A stretch of 64,000 nucleotides of DNA from Chthoniobacterales bacterium (GTDB lineage: Bacteria > Verrucomicrobiota > Verrucomicrobiia > Chthoniobacterales > Chthoniobacteraceae): assembly GCA_038207335.1 (NCBI GenBank), contig JBBQZX010000012.1, forward strand, positions 1-64,000, written 5' to 3'. Below the pieces are notes generated by a model that saw only the letters and a program-made list of their open reading frames with translations, ran no database searches and was not told the origin of the DNA. Below are positions 17,167 through 27,673 of this stretch, one piece after another. The position numbers and the translations under genes were made by a program. The first letter of the stretch is position 1; every line of letters begins with the position of its first letter.

Positions 17167-18875
17167 AGCTCTGTGCCTTTTTGTGCGCCGTGCTTTTTGC
17201 GCTCGGTGCGACTTTCGCCTCCGCCGCGGACGCGCCCGCGACACCGGTGAAATCGTGCTGCGTGCAGGCTCCGGGACGGGCGGCATTTTTCGCAGCCGCC
17301 GCGAAACCGGTGACCCCGGAAGTAGCCTCAGCACAGCATCCGGCGGGCGAGCGTCCAAATATCGTCGTCATCATGGCGGACGACATGGGCTTCTCCGACA
17401 TCGGCTGCTATGGAGGTGAAATCCACACGCCGAACATCGACAAGCTCGCGGCGGAGGGCGTCCGCTTCACCGATTTTCACAATAGCTCACGCTGCTGCCC
17501 GACGCGCGCGTCGCTGCTCACAGGGCTCTACGCGCACCAAGCCGGGATCGGGCAGATGATCGACGATTATTCCGCCGGCATCCGCGCTAAGCTCAACTCG
17601 CCCGCCTACACGGATCATCTCAATGACAGTTGCGTGACGATCGCTGAGGCGCTCGGCGCGGCGGGCTACGAGGCGATCATTTCGGGCAAATGGCACGTCG
17701 GGCAGATGCGCGCGGCGTGGCCGGATCGGCGCGGATTCGCGCGCAGTTTTTGCGTTGTGGGCGGGGCGATGAATTACTTCGGTAGCGGAGTCCAGCACAC
17801 CGGCGCGACGACGATGGAGATGCAGCGCGACGGCCAGCCGTGGACTCCGCCGGAGGACGGTTTTTACTCGACCGATGCGTTCACGGATTTCGCTGTCGAG
17901 GCGCTGCGCGGGCGCAAAGATGCGGCGCGCCCATTCTTCCTCTACCTCGCCTACAACGCGCCGCACTGGCCGCTTCACGCGCTGCCGGAGGACATCGCAA
18001 AGTATCGCGGGAAATATCTCGCGGGTTTCGGCGAGGTGCGAAAAGCGCGGCTCGCGCGGCAGATCGAGATGGGGCTTTTCCCAAAAGAAACGCCGCTCCC
18101 GCCGCGCGACCCCACCGTGAAACCGTGGGGCGGAATGACTAAGGCGGAGCACGATGAGTGGGACTTGCGAATGGCGATCTACGCGGCGCAAATCGATCGC
18201 ATGGATCAGGACATCGGCCGCGTGCTCGCCGCGCTGCGCGAGAGCCGCGCGGAGAAAAACACGCTTGTGCTTTTCCTCTCCGACAACGGCGGCTGCCACG
18301 AGCAAATCGACCGCGGCAAACCCGGCGCAGAACTCGGCACGCGCGACTCCTACTCCAGCTACCGCCGCGCGTGGGCGCAGGTGAGCAACACGCCGTTCCA
18401 TTACTACAAGCACTGGACGCATGAGGGAGGTGTCTCCACGCCGCTCATCGTGCGCTGGCCGGCGCGCGTCGAGGGCGGCGGGAAATTCATCGCAGCGACG
18501 GGGCACGTCATCGACATCATGGCGACGGCGCTCGATGCGGCGGGCGCGGAATACCCGAAGACATTTGGCGGTCACGACATCACGCCGCTCGCGGGCGTGA
18601 GCCTGCTTCCCGCCTTGCGCGGCGAGCCGCTGGAGCGCACGGAGCCAATCTTTTGGGAGCACGAGGGCAACCGCGCCGTTCGCGATGGAAACTGGAAACT
18701 CGTCTCCGCATTCCCCGGCCCGTGGGAACTTTACGACATGCGAACCGACCGCACCGAGACGCACAACATCGCCTCCGACCAGCCCGAACGCGTCCGCGAT
18801 CTTTCCGCAAAATACGACACGTGGGCCGAGCGCTGCCAGGTGCGCCCTTGGGAACTCACCCGCTCAGGAAAATGA
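17163..18875 (+). CDS. Arylsulfatase
   Basis: PNIVVIMADDMGFSD, CCPTRASLLTG, GKWH and SDNG. Confidence 0.93.
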   Translation: MKLCAFLCAVLFALGATFASAADAPATPVKSCCVQAPGRAAFFAAAAKPVTPEVASAQHPAGERPNIVVIMADDMGFSDIGCYGGEIHTPNIDKLAAEGVRFTDFHNSSRCCPTRASLLTGLYAHQAGIGQMIDDYSAGIRAKLNSPAYTDHLNDSCVTIAEALGAAGYEAIISGKWHVGQMRAAWPDRRGFARSFCVVGGAMNYFGSGVQHTGATTMEMQRDGQPWTPPEDGFYSTDAFTDFAVEALRGRKDAARPFFLYLAYNAPHWPLHALPEDIAKYRGKYLAGFGEVRKARLARQIEMGLFPKETPLPPRDPTVKPWGGMTKAEHDEWDLRMAIYAAQIDRMDQDIGRVLAALRESRAEKNTLVLFLSDNGGCHEQIDRGKPGAELGTRDSYSSYRRAWAQVSNTPFHYYKHWTHEGGVSTPLIVRWPARVEGGGKFIAATGHVIDIMATALDAAGAEYPKTFGGHDITPLAGVSLLPALRGEPLERTEPIFWEHEGNRAVRDGNWKLVSAFPGPWELYDMRTDRTETHNIASDQPERVRDLSAKYDTWAERCQVRPWELTRSGK

Positions 18876-20605
18876 GGCGGGCTATTCTTGAGGTCGTAGC
18901 CCTGCTCGTCGTCGCGTCCGCCGCACTCGCTGCGGAGCGGCCGAATGTCCTGCTGATCGTCTCTGACGATCAGGGCTACGGTGATCTTTCGCTCCACCGA
19001 AATCCGCAACTTCAGACTCCGAATCTCGACAAGCTGGCGCGCCAGTCCGCGCAGTTTTCGCACTTCTATGTGAGCCCCGTTTGCGCGCCGACACGGGCCT
19101 CGCTGCTGACCGGACGATACTCGCTTCGGACCGGCACTTGGGGCGTGCAGGGCGGGCGCGAGTCGATGCGCGCGGATGAGTTCACGCTCGCCGAGGTGCT
19201 GCGCGCCGCGGGCTGGCGCACGGGCCTTTTTGGCAAGTGGCACAACGGCGAGCACTGGCCGCAATCGCCGCAAGGACAAGGCTTCGACGACTTCTTCGGT
19301 TTCACCCGCGGCCACTGGAACAACTACTTCGACACGACGCTGCTGCGCGGCGAGACGGAAGAAAAAACGCACGGCTATTTGCAGGACGTGCTCACCGATG
19401 AGGCGATGAAGTTCATCGAGACGAACCGTGACCGCCCGTTCTTTTGCGACCTCTCCTACAACACGCCGCACTCGCCGTTTCAGGTGCCGGACGCCTATTT
19501 CGACCGCTACAAAAAACTCGGCCTCAGCGACGAACTCGCCTGCATCTATGGCATGTGCGCGAACATGGATGACAACGTGGGCCGCGTGCTCGCGAAGCTC
19601 GATGAAATCGGCCTCGCGGAGAGCACGATCGTGATTTTCATGTCCGACAACGGGCCGAACACGTTCCGCTTCAACGACGGGATGAAAGGCAAAAAAGGGC
19701 AGGTCGATGAGGGCGGCGTGCGCGTGCCTTGCTTCATCCGCTGGCTCGGGAAAATCACGCCACATGTGGCACCGCACATCGCCGCGCACATCGACCTGAT
19801 GCCGACACTGCTCGACCTTCTCAAAATCGCGCCACCGCCCGCGAAGCTCGATGGAATCAGCCTCGCGCCGCTGCTCATGGGCGGAACGCGGGATGCCGAG
19901 CCGCAGTTCGAGCGCGAGCTTTTTGTGCATCACGTGCAGGGCGATGTGCCGAAGCCTTTCCCCGGCTCGGTGCGTAACGCGCAGTATCGCGCGGTGAATA
20001 CCGGCAAGGCGTGGGAACTCTACGACATGCAGGCCGACCCCGGGCAGAAGCACGATCTCGCGGAAACTGAGGCGGAGCTGACGCGCGACCTTTCCAAAAA
20101 ATACGACGCGTGGTGGCGCGATGTGGCACCCGAGAAATTCGTCTGGATGCCCGTGCCGATCGGCTACGAGGGACACGATCGTGTCGAGATTTCCGCCGCC
20201 GATGCGCGCGAGATGCCGGGGTTGAAATTCAACGGCCGGCATCCGAACAACGCGTGGCTCACGGGCTGGACTTCGCTCGACTCGCACGCGGCGTGGCAGC
20301 TCGATGCCGTGCGCGACGGGACGTATCGCGTGACGCTGCAATATCTCGCGGAAACCGAGGGCGCTCGGGTGCGAGTCTCCGTCGGCAAATCGAGCGGGGA
20401 AGCAACGCTCGCAGCGACGCCATTCAAGCAAATCCCCTCCCCAGATCGTTCGCCGCGCGAAGAGGTCTATGAGATGCAGTGGGCGACGACTCCCCTCGGC
20501 GAGGTGCAATTGGAAAAAGGGCTCAACACGCTGCGAATCGACGCACTTGAAAAACCGGGAGCCGAAGTAATGCAACTGAAGGCGGTGATCGTGGAGCGGC
20601 TGTAA
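18872..20605 (+). CDS. Arylsulfatase with C-terminal beta-sandwich extension
   Basis: ATG 18872 overlaps the previous stop. PNVLLIVSDDQGYGD, CAPTRASLLTG and GKWH. Confidence 0.92.
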   Translation: MRRAILEVVALLVVASAALAAERPNVLLIVSDDQGYGDLSLHRNPQLQTPNLDKLARQSAQFSHFYVSPVCAPTRASLLTGRYSLRTGTWGVQGGRESMRADEFTLAEVLRAAGWRTGLFGKWHNGEHWPQSPQGQGFDDFFGFTRGHWNNYFDTTLLRGETEEKTHGYLQDVLTDEAMKFIETNRDRPFFCDLSYNTPHSPFQVPDAYFDRYKKLGLSDELACIYGMCANMDDNVGRVLAKLDEIGLAESTIVIFMSDNGPNTFRFNDGMKGKKGQVDEGGVRVPCFIRWLGKITPHVAPHIAAHIDLMPTLLDLLKIAPPPAKLDGISLAPLLMGGTRDAEPQFERELFVHHVQGDVPKPFPGSVRNAQYRAVNTGKAWELYDMQADPGQKHDLAETEAELTRDLSKKYDAWWRDVAPEKFVWMPVPIGYEGHDRVEISAADAREMPGLKFNGRHPNNAWLTGWTSLDSHAAWQLDAVRDGTYRVTLQYLAETEGARVRVSVGKSSGEATLAATPFKQIPSPDRSPREEVYEMQWATTPLGEVQLEKGLNTLRIDALEKPGAEVMQLKAVIVERL

Positions 20606-20699
20606 ATTTCACGGCGCCCGGCGTTGACAAGGCGGGGGCGCTGCGCTTTCCTCACCGCCCCGCAAATCGGCAGCACTCATCTTTTACCGCACATTTATC

Positions 20700-21251
20700 A
20701 TGGCCTCCACGACCCAAATCATCCTCACACAGAAAGTCGAACACCTCGGAGCGGAGGCCGATATCGTGAAAGTGAAACGCGGCTTCGCGCGCAATTTTCT
20801 CGTGCCGCAGGGCAAGGCGCTCGAGGTGACGCCGATGACGCTGAAGCGCATCAACGGGCTCAAGGCGAAACGCGCCGAGCGCGAGGCGAACGAGCTCAAC
20901 GATTCAGAGGAACTCGCGCGCCGCATCAACAAGCTGAAGATCACGATGGAGCTGGAAACCGGCGAGACCGGCAAGGCGTTTGGGTCGATCACGGCGGCGG
21001 ACATCGCGGAGCGGATCAAGAAAGAACTCGGGCCGAAAGCGGAAATCGACCGGCACAAGATCCAACTCGACAAGGCGATCAAGGAAGCTGGCGAGCAGGA
21101 GATTCAGATCAAGCTGCATCACGATGTGACTGCGAAACTGCAACTCACCGTGAAGGCAAAGGGTGAAACGACTGTCGCGGCGGCTCCGGCAGCGGAAAAG
21201 GAAGAGGACAAAGGTTTCAAGGCACGCCCGAAGGCGAAGCACTCGAAGTGA
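20700..21251 (+). CDS. rplI: 50S ribosomal protein L9
   Basis: LGAEADIVKVKRGFARNFLVPQGKA, FGSIT and IKLHHDV. Confidence 0.96.
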   Translation: MASTTQIILTQKVEHLGAEADIVKVKRGFARNFLVPQGKALEVTPMTLKRINGLKAKRAEREANELNDSEELARRINKLKITMELETGETGKAFGSITAADIAERIKKELGPKAEIDRHKIQLDKAIKEAGEQEIQIKLHHDVTAKLQLTVKAKGETTVAAAPAAEKEEDKGFKARPKAKHSK

Positions 21252-21342
21252 CTGCATCTAGAATTTGAGATTTAGGATTTAGGAAGGCGTGCGGTTGCGC
21301 GTCGTTGAATCCGCCTGAATCTCATCGCCAACGAATTTTCCC

Positions 21343-22809
21343 ATGGCTGAGATCGCCACGCAGACGACTTCGGGCTCGGCCACGAAGAAGGCTGGAGGTA
21401 AGGGTGGCGGTGATCTGAAGACGAAGGATGCGTATCTTCCCGACGTGCATCGGATGCTGCCACAGGCTCCGGATGCGGAGCGCGGTGTGCTGTCTTCCTT
21501 CCTGCTCGTGCCGCGCGATGTCGGCGGTCTATGCGCGGAAAAGCAGATCGACCCGAAGCATTTCCACATCCCCGCTCACGCGGTCGTTTACGCGAAGCTG
21601 CTGGAGATGTGGGACAAAAATCGGCCCATCGATTTCATCACGCTGACGCAGGAACTGCGGGACAATGCGCTCCTCGATCAGGTAGGCGGCGCGGCTTACA
21701 TCACGGAACTTTTCACCTTTCTGCCGACTGCCGCGAACGCGGGATACTACATCGAGATCCTGCAGGAGAAATTCACGCTGAGGGAGATCATCCGCGTCTG
21801 CACCGAATATGCGGCGCGCGGTTACGATGAGCAAAACGACGTGCCAAATCTCCTCGATGGCGTGGAGCAGAAGATCTTCGAGATCGCGCAGGATCGCTTC
21901 AAGGATCGCGTCGTCGGGATGAAGACGATGGTGATGTCAGCGATCCATTCGATCCAGGAACTCTACGATCGGAAGGGCAGCATCACCGGCTTGGAGACGG
22001 GATTTTCCGAGCTGGATAAAATGACCGACGGGTTGCACGGCGCGGAAATGATCGTGATCGCGGCGCGGCCCTCAATGGGCAAAACCGCTCTGGCGATGAA
22101 CATCGCGGAGCACGTCGCGGTGGAGCAAAAGAAGGCGGTCGCGGTGTTTTCGCTGGAGATGAATTCGCAGCAACTCGTGCAGCGGCTGCTATGCTCGCGG
22201 GCAAAAGTGAACCTTTCGAAAGTGCGCGACGGTTTCCTGAGCGAGCAGAATTTTCGCTCCATGCAGGTCGCCGGTGGACAGCTCGCGGAGGCGAAGATGT
22301 TCATCGATGACACCTCCGGACTCTCGATCCTCGAGCTGCGCGCGAAGGCCCGCCGGCTCAAGAGCCAGCATGACATCGCGGCGATATTCATCGACTATTT
22401 GCAGCTCCTCCGCTCGACCTCCAAACGCGCGCAGGACAATCGTCAGCTCGAAATCGCGGAAATTTCCAGCGGGCTCAAAGCGCTCGCAAAAGAGCTGAAC
22501 ATCCCGGTCGTCGTGCTCGCGCAGCTCAATCGAAATCCCGAGTCGCGCAGTGGCGAATCGAAGGGGCGTCCGCGGCTCGGCGACTTGCGCGAATCGGGCT
22601 CGATCGAGCAGGACGCGGACGTCGTCGGGCTGCTGGTGCGCGAGGAGTATTACGCCGACACGGATGAGGACAAAAAAGAGAGCGAAGGGAAGGCGACGCT
22701 CATCATCGCGAAGCAGCGCAACGGCCCAGTCGGTGACGTGCCGCTGACTTTTCTCAAAGAGTTCACGAGATTCGAGACGCGCGCGCGCGGGCAGGACGAA
22801 GGTGAGTAG
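21343..22809 (+). CDS. dnaB: Replicative DNA helicase
   Basis: AARPSMGKT, FSLEM, IDYLQL, QLNR, LRESGSIEQDAD and KQRNGP. Confidence 0.98.
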   Translation: MAEIATQTTSGSATKKAGGKGGGDLKTKDAYLPDVHRMLPQAPDAERGVLSSFLLVPRDVGGLCAEKQIDPKHFHIPAHAVVYAKLLEMWDKNRPIDFITLTQELRDNALLDQVGGAAYITELFTFLPTAANAGYYIEILQEKFTLREIIRVCTEYAARGYDEQNDVPNLLDGVEQKIFEIAQDRFKDRVVGMKTMVMSAIHSIQELYDRKGSITGLETGFSELDKMTDGLHGAEMIVIAARPSMGKTALAMNIAEHVAVEQKKAVAVFSLEMNSQQLVQRLLCSRAKVNLSKVRDGFLSEQNFRSMQVAGGQLAEAKMFIDDTSGLSILELRAKARRLKSQHDIAAIFIDYLQLLRSTSKRAQDNRQLEIAEISSGLKALAKELNIPVVVLAQLNRNPESRSGESKGRPRLGDLRESGSIEQDADVVGLLVREEYYADTDEDKKESEGKATLIIAKQRNGPVGDVPLTFLKEFTRFETRARGQDEGE

Positions 22810-22879
22810 CGCCGATTTTCTCGCGACACGCGGGAAACGATTGCGCGGCGGGCGGCGCAAAACTTAGACTCCGCCCCGC

Positions 22880-23893
22880 TTGCAAACCACCGACGCACCG
22901 CGCGCCGCGCACACTCGAGATCAGCTCCATTTCATCCAGAGCTACCGCTGGATGCTGCTCGCCCGCGTGGTCGAGGAGAAGCTCGCGAACCTGTATCGCG
23001 GCGGCAAAATATTCGGCGGCGTCTTCCTTGGCCGCGGGCAGGAGGCGCTCAGCGTCGCGGCGGGCATGTCGTTGAAAAAGGGCGACGTTTTTGCCCCGCT
23101 CATCCGCGATCAGGCGGGGCGCCTCGCATTCGGCGAGTCGCTGCTCGACTGCACTCGCACGTATCTCGGCTCGCGTCTCGGGCCGATGCGCGGGCGCGAT
23201 GGCAACGTGCATCGCGGGCGTCCGCACGAGGGGATTTTGCCGATGATCAGCCACCTCGGCGCTATGATCCCCGCGGTCGCGGGCACACTGCTAGCGCGGC
23301 GTTTCCGAGGGATCGAGGGTGCAGTCGGTGCGACGAGCATCGGGGATGGCGGCACTTCGACGGGCGCATTTCACGAAGGGCTGAATCTCGCGGCGGTCGA
23401 GCGACTGCCGCTGGTCGTGGTCGTCGCGAACAACCAATACGCCTACTCGACGCCGAACAGCCGGCAGTTTGTCTGCCGCGATCTCGTGGACAAGGCGCTC
23501 GGATACGGCATCGAGGGCCAGTGCGTCGATGGCACCGATCTCGAGGCGTGCCTCAATGTCATCGGCAGCGCAGTGGAGCGCGCGCGAAGTGGCGACGGGC
23601 CGCAGCTCGTCGTCGGCTCGCTGCTCCGCCTCGGCGGCCACGGTGAGCACGACGACGGGCATTACATCGACCCCGCTTTTCGAGAAAAACACATCGGCCG
23701 CGACTGCATCAAAGTCGCCGAAGAGCGGTTACTCGAAGCCGGCTGGGCCAGCGCCGCGACGCTGCGCGAGTGGCTCGACGACGCGCAGCGGCAGACCGAC
23801 GAGGCCGTCGCCACCACGCTCCGCGAGGCTCAGCCAGACCCGAACCAAGAAGACTGGTGCGCGCTCGCATCGCGACACCTGAGCGAAGGCTGA
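22880..23893 (+). CDS. 2-oxoacid dehydrogenase E1 alpha subunit
   Basis: GQEA, TPP motif GDG..EGLNLA..NNQYA, and GHGEHDD. TTG start. Confidence 0.9.
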   Translation: MQTTDAPRAAHTRDQLHFIQSYRWMLLARVVEEKLANLYRGGKIFGGVFLGRGQEALSVAAGMSLKKGDVFAPLIRDQAGRLAFGESLLDCTRTYLGSRLGPMRGRDGNVHRGRPHEGILPMISHLGAMIPAVAGTLLARRFRGIEGAVGATSIGDGGTSTGAFHEGLNLAAVERLPLVVVVANNQYAYSTPNSRQFVCRDLVDKALGYGIEGQCVDGTDLEACLNVIGSAVERARSGDGPQLVVGSLLRLGGHGEHDDGHYIDPAFREKHIGRDCIKVAEERLLEAGWASAATLREWLDDAQRQTDEAVATTLREAQPDPNQEDWCALASRHLSEG

Positions 23894-23921
23894 GCCCGGA
23901 AAACTTTCGCCAAACGTCCCT

Positions 23922-24884
23922 TTGATCACCTACCTAGAAGCTATCCGCGCCGCGCAGGCAAAGGCGCTTGCCGACGACCCGCGCGTTTACATTTACGGCC
24001 AGGACGTCGGCCAGTTTGGCGGCGCGTTCAAAGCCACGAAAAACCTCGCGGTCGAATTTCCGGGCCGCGTGCTCGATGCGCCGATCAGCGAAGACGCGAT
24101 CATCGGCTCGGCCATCGGCGCGGCGGTCGGGGGAATGCGGCCGATCATCGAGATGCAGTTCGCGGATTTTTCGACCGTCGGCTTCAATCAAATCGTGAAC
24201 CACGCGGCGACGTATCATTGGCGCACCGGGCTCCCCTGCCCGATCACCGTGCGGCTCCCGAGTGGCGGCACTGCGGGCGGCGGGCCATTTCACAGCCAGA
24301 GCATGGAGGCGCTCTACGCACATTATCCGGGGCTCATCGTGATGACTCCGGCGACCGTCGAGGACGCCTACAGCATGTTGCTCGAGGCCGTCGCGATCGA
24401 CGACCCGGTCGTCTTCTGCGAGCACAAATATCTCTACTATCACCTCAAAGCCGAGGCGCTCCCGACCGAGGCGATGCCGACTGGAAAAGCGCGCGTCACC
24501 CGTGCCGGACGCGACGCGACGATCGTGACGTACAGCGCGATGGTCCACGAGTCGCTCGCCGCTGCCGAGGAACTCGCAACCGAGGGCTGGGAAATCGAGG
24601 TCATCGACCTGCGCTCGGTAAAGCCTCTCGACACCGACACTGTGCTTGCATCCGTCGCGCGCACCGGCCGCCTGCTTGCGGTCGGCGAGGCATTTCCGTG
24701 GGGCGGAGTCACCGCCGAGGTGCTCGCGCGTGTCGCCAGCGAGGGCTTCAATCTTCTCGACGCGCCGCCGCGCCGACTCAACGCGAAGGACACGCCCGTC
24801 CCTTTTCATCCGAATCTCTGGGGCACGCACCGCCCCACCGCCACCGCGATCAGCGCGGAGATGCGCGAGTTGTTGCGGCGATAA
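23922..24884 (+). CDS. 2-oxoacid dehydrogenase E1 beta subunit
   Basis: GQDVG, DAPISE, EMQFADF, HSQS and IDLRS. Confidence 0.92.
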   Translation: MITYLEAIRAAQAKALADDPRVYIYGQDVGQFGGAFKATKNLAVEFPGRVLDAPISEDAIIGSAIGAAVGGMRPIIEMQFADFSTVGFNQIVNHAATYHWRTGLPCPITVRLPSGGTAGGGPFHSQSMEALYAHYPGLIVMTPATVEDAYSMLLEAVAIDDPVVFCEHKYLYYHLKAEALPTEAMPTGKARVTRAGRDATIVTYSAMVHESLAAAEELATEGWEIEVIDLRSVKPLDTDTVLASVARTGRLLAVGEAFPWGGVTAEVLARVASEGFNLLDAPPRRLNAKDTPVPFHPNLWGTHRPTATAISAEMRELLRR

Positions 24885-24903
24885 AATTCAACCGATTCCA
24901 GAC

Positions 24904-26103
24904 ATGCCACGCATTCCCATCACCATGCCGCAGCTCGGCGAATCGATCGCCGAGGCCACCGTGGTCAGCCTGCCGTTTCAAGTCGGAGACACCGTCGAGG
25001 CCGAGCGCGACATCATGGACGTCGAGACGAACAAAGCGACGATGGGCGTCGCGACGCCGTGCCGGGGAGTCGTCGCGGAACTGCTCGTCGAGCTGCAGCA
25101 GAGTTATCCGGTCGGCGCGACGCTCGCTTTTTTGGAAGTGACGAATGAAGACGCCGCGCGACTCGGCCTTGACGCGCCGTCTGCTCCGGTCGCGGCTCGG
25201 GAGGAAAATGACGCGCCCATTTTCAATCCGGTGCCGCCTAGAAAACCAGCCGTCGAGCCGACCGTGCGCGGTCTTCCGGTGCCCGCCAATGCAGCGGGCG
25301 CGGGCTATCTCTCGCCGCGCATGAAGGCGCGGATGAACGAACTCGGACTGCATTCCGCCGACCTCGCAGGCGTCGCGGGCAGCGGCGCGGCGGGGCGCGT
25401 GACAATCGACGATTTCGAGAAATTCATCAGCAAGCTCGAGGAGCATAAACTTTCGCCCGCCTCCTCGATGCGCGTCGCCGTGGCCGATGCGATGCGACGC
25501 AGTTGGACGCGTCCGCTCGCGACCGTCGGCCGCTCCGTGCCGCTCGATGCGCTGCTCGCGCATCGCAAAACCAGCGACCCAAAAGCCGGCCCCGCGCTCT
25601 ACGCCCTCCGCGCGCTCGCCATCGCGCTCGGCGAACACACCGCGCCCGCCGGGCGGCTCATCGGTGACAAAATCGTGCATCCGCAATCGATCGATCTCGG
25701 CTTCGCGGTCGAGGCCGAGGACGGCGTGCTAGTCCCCGTGCTGCGCCACGCCGAGCGCACGCCGCTGCGCGAAATGGTCGTGCGCTACAACGAACTCGTC
25801 GAGCTCGCGCGGCAGCGCCGCCTACCACCCAGCGCGCAGGGCGGATCGATCGCGACGGTGACGAATTTCGGCTCGTTCGGACTCGAGTGGGCCACGCCGA
25901 TTCCGCTGCCTGAGCAGACTCTCGTCCTCGGCATGGGCGCAGGTCGCGTGCTGCCGAGCTGGGACAAAAAGACATCGCAATTCACGCCGGTCACCGAGGC
26001 GGAATTCACGGTCAGCTTCGACCATCGCGTGCTGGATGGCGGCGGCGCGGGGCGGCTGCTCGCGCGCGTCGCGGACCTGCTCCAAACACCGGAAAAACTT
26101 TAA
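24904..26103 (+). CDS. Dihydrolipoamide acyltransferase (E2)
   Basis: MPQLGESIAEA, lipoyl motif VETNKA, E3-binding GSGAAGRVT and catalytic FDHRVLDG. Confidence 0.92.
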   Translation: MPRIPITMPQLGESIAEATVVSLPFQVGDTVEAERDIMDVETNKATMGVATPCRGVVAELLVELQQSYPVGATLAFLEVTNEDAARLGLDAPSAPVAAREENDAPIFNPVPPRKPAVEPTVRGLPVPANAAGAGYLSPRMKARMNELGLHSADLAGVAGSGAAGRVTIDDFEKFISKLEEHKLSPASSMRVAVADAMRRSWTRPLATVGRSVPLDALLAHRKTSDPKAGPALYALRALAIALGEHTAPAGRLIGDKIVHPQSIDLGFAVEAEDGVLVPVLRHAERTPLREMVVRYNELVELARQRRLPPSAQGGSIATVTNFGSFGLEWATPIPLPEQTLVLGMGAGRVLPSWDKKTSQFTPVTEAEFTVSFDHRVLDGGGAGRLLARVADLLQTPEKL

Positions 26104-26106
26104 CCG

Positions 26107-26892
26107 ATGCGCCTCAATCGCTTTCTCGCATCCGCCGGTCTCGGCTCCCGTCGCGGAGTGGAGGAACTCATTCTTTCCGGCCGGGTCAAGGTCAACGGGC
26201 GCGTCGTCGACGACCTCGCGACACAAGTCGCTCCCGACGATGTCGTAAAGCTCGGCAACCGCGTCGTCCGTGCCGAGCACACGCTCACCGCGATGATGTA
26301 TAAACCGCGCGGCATCGTCTGCACGGCGGACGACGAGCGCGAACGCCGCACAATCTTCGACTTTTTCCCAAAATCATGGCCGCGTGTTTTTCACGTCGGC
26401 CGCCTCGACAAGGAAAGCGAAGGCCTGCTGCTCGTGACAAACGACGGCGACCTCTCGCTCGCACTCACGCATCCGAGCCACCGCATCGACAAGGAATACG
26501 AAGTGTGGCTCGACAAGCCGTTCGATGCCGAGCATCGGGAGAAATTGTTGCGCGGCTTCAAGATCGAGGGCGGGCGGGCCAAAGCGGAGCACGTCACGAT
26601 CGTCAAGCCGCAGCTTTTGAAGATCATCCTGCGCCAGGGCATCAAGCGGCAGATTCGGCAAATGTTTTTCGAGGTCGGCTACGAAGTGATGCAACTGCGC
26701 CGCATCCGCATCGGCGCCCTGCGACTCGGCGACCTCAAACCCGGCGAATGCCGCATCCTCACTTCGAATGAAATTACGACGCTGAAAAGCCGCAGCGCCG
26801 AACCGCCTGCGCGCAAGCCCACCGCGTCCACGACGGCGAAAAAGGCACCGCGCCGCCGTCCGATTTCTCCGCGATCGAATCAAAGCGTTTGA
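26107..26892 (+). CDS. RsuA/RluB-family rRNA pseudouridine synthase
   Basis: S4 domain MRLNRFLA..SRR, KPRG and VGRLDKESEGLLL. Confidence 0.93.
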   Translation: MRLNRFLASAGLGSRRGVEELILSGRVKVNGRVVDDLATQVAPDDVVKLGNRVVRAEHTLTAMMYKPRGIVCTADDERERRTIFDFFPKSWPRVFHVGRLDKESEGLLLVTNDGDLSLALTHPSHRIDKEYEVWLDKPFDAEHREKLLRGFKIEGGRAKAEHVTIVKPQLLKIILRQGIKRQIRQMFFEVGYEVMQLRRIRIGALRLGDLKPGECRILTSNEITTLKSRSAEPPARKPTASTTAKKAPRRRPISPRSNQSV

Positions 26893-26950
26893 CCGACCGG
26901 GACACATCCCCTAGACACTCCCTCCCGCCAAAATCTCGCACGCACTTTTT

Positions 26951-27127
26951 ATGGGTCAGCAATCGAACAAAATCATCAAACGCCGCCGCCGCCTCGCCTA
27001 CATCGAGCGCAAAAAAACAAAGGGTTTCGAACTCGCCGCCGCCGCCAAGCCGAAGGCCAAAAAAGCGCCTGCCGCGAAAAAGGAAAAAGCTGCAGCGCCC
27101 GCTCCAGAGCCTGCGGCTGCGGAGTAA
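26951..27127 (+). CDS. Small basic protein (58 aa), not in the ORF track
   Basis: Manual translation MGQQSNKIIKRRRRLAYIERKKTKGFELAAAAKPKAKKAPAAKKEKAAAPAPEPAAAE. It fills the intergenic gap with host-like codons. Confidence 0.75.
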   Translation: MGQQSNKIIKRRRRLAYIERKKTKGFELAAAAKPKAKKAPAAKKEKAAAPAPEPAAAE

Positions 27128-27201
27128 AATCGTCGCGGGTCACATTCCCGCATCTTTTAAAAAGCGCCGGACGGATTCGTTCCGGCGCATTTCGTTTCGT
27201 C

Positions 27202-27636
27202 ATGCGATACCTCATCGTTGACGGTCACAGCGTCATCTTCGCTTGGCCCGAGCTTCGCAAGCTGCACGCACGCCGCATGATCCTCGCGCGCGACGAACTC
27301 GCGAAAATCCTGACGCAATATCAGGACACGAGCGGGGTGCGAGTGGTCGTAGTCTTCGATGGAAAAAGCGGCACCGCCGCGCCCGACTCAGCGCCCGGCG
27401 GCATCCAAATCTTGTATTCCGCGACTGGCCAGACCGCGGATCAAATCATCGAGCGCTTGGCTGGCGCATACGGCCGCCAGTACGATCTCACCGTCGCCAC
27501 CGACGACATGCTCGAGCAGCAAACCGTTGCGGCGCTCGGCGCCTACCCCCTCTCGACCGAAGGCCTCCGCGACCGCCTCGCCGAAGCATCCTCCGACTTC
27601 CGTCGCGAACTCAGAGCGAGACGCTCGGCCTTGTAG
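27202..27636 (+). CDS. YacP/Rae1-like NYN-domain ribonuclease
   Basis: YLIVDGHSVI, VVVFDG, TADQIIERL and VATDD. Confidence 0.88.
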   Translation: MRYLIVDGHSVIFAWPELRKLHARRMILARDELAKILTQYQDTSGVRVVVVFDGKSGTAAPDSAPGGIQILYSATGQTADQIIERLAGAYGRQYDLTVATDDMLEQQTVAALGAYPLSTEGLRDRLAEASSDFRRELRARRSAL

Positions 27637-27673
27637 CCGCACAAAGTGATCCCGACGCAATTGCTGCGTACCT

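Noticed and set aside
15703..20605. Three tandem sulfatases as a novel system
   Set aside because: Sulfatase expansions are ordinary in this lineage, and all three have canonical CxPxR motifs.
21343..22809. Intein in DnaB
   Set aside because: Length is normal and the motifs are contiguous.
22880..26103. Missing E3 in the 2-oxoacid dehydrogenase cluster as a novelty
   Set aside because: E3 is commonly shared and encoded elsewhere.
26889..27221. 110-aa ORF from the track
   Set aside because: Ser/Pro/Arg-rich off-frame reading. The 58-aa ORF at 26951-27127 has a better start and codon pattern.
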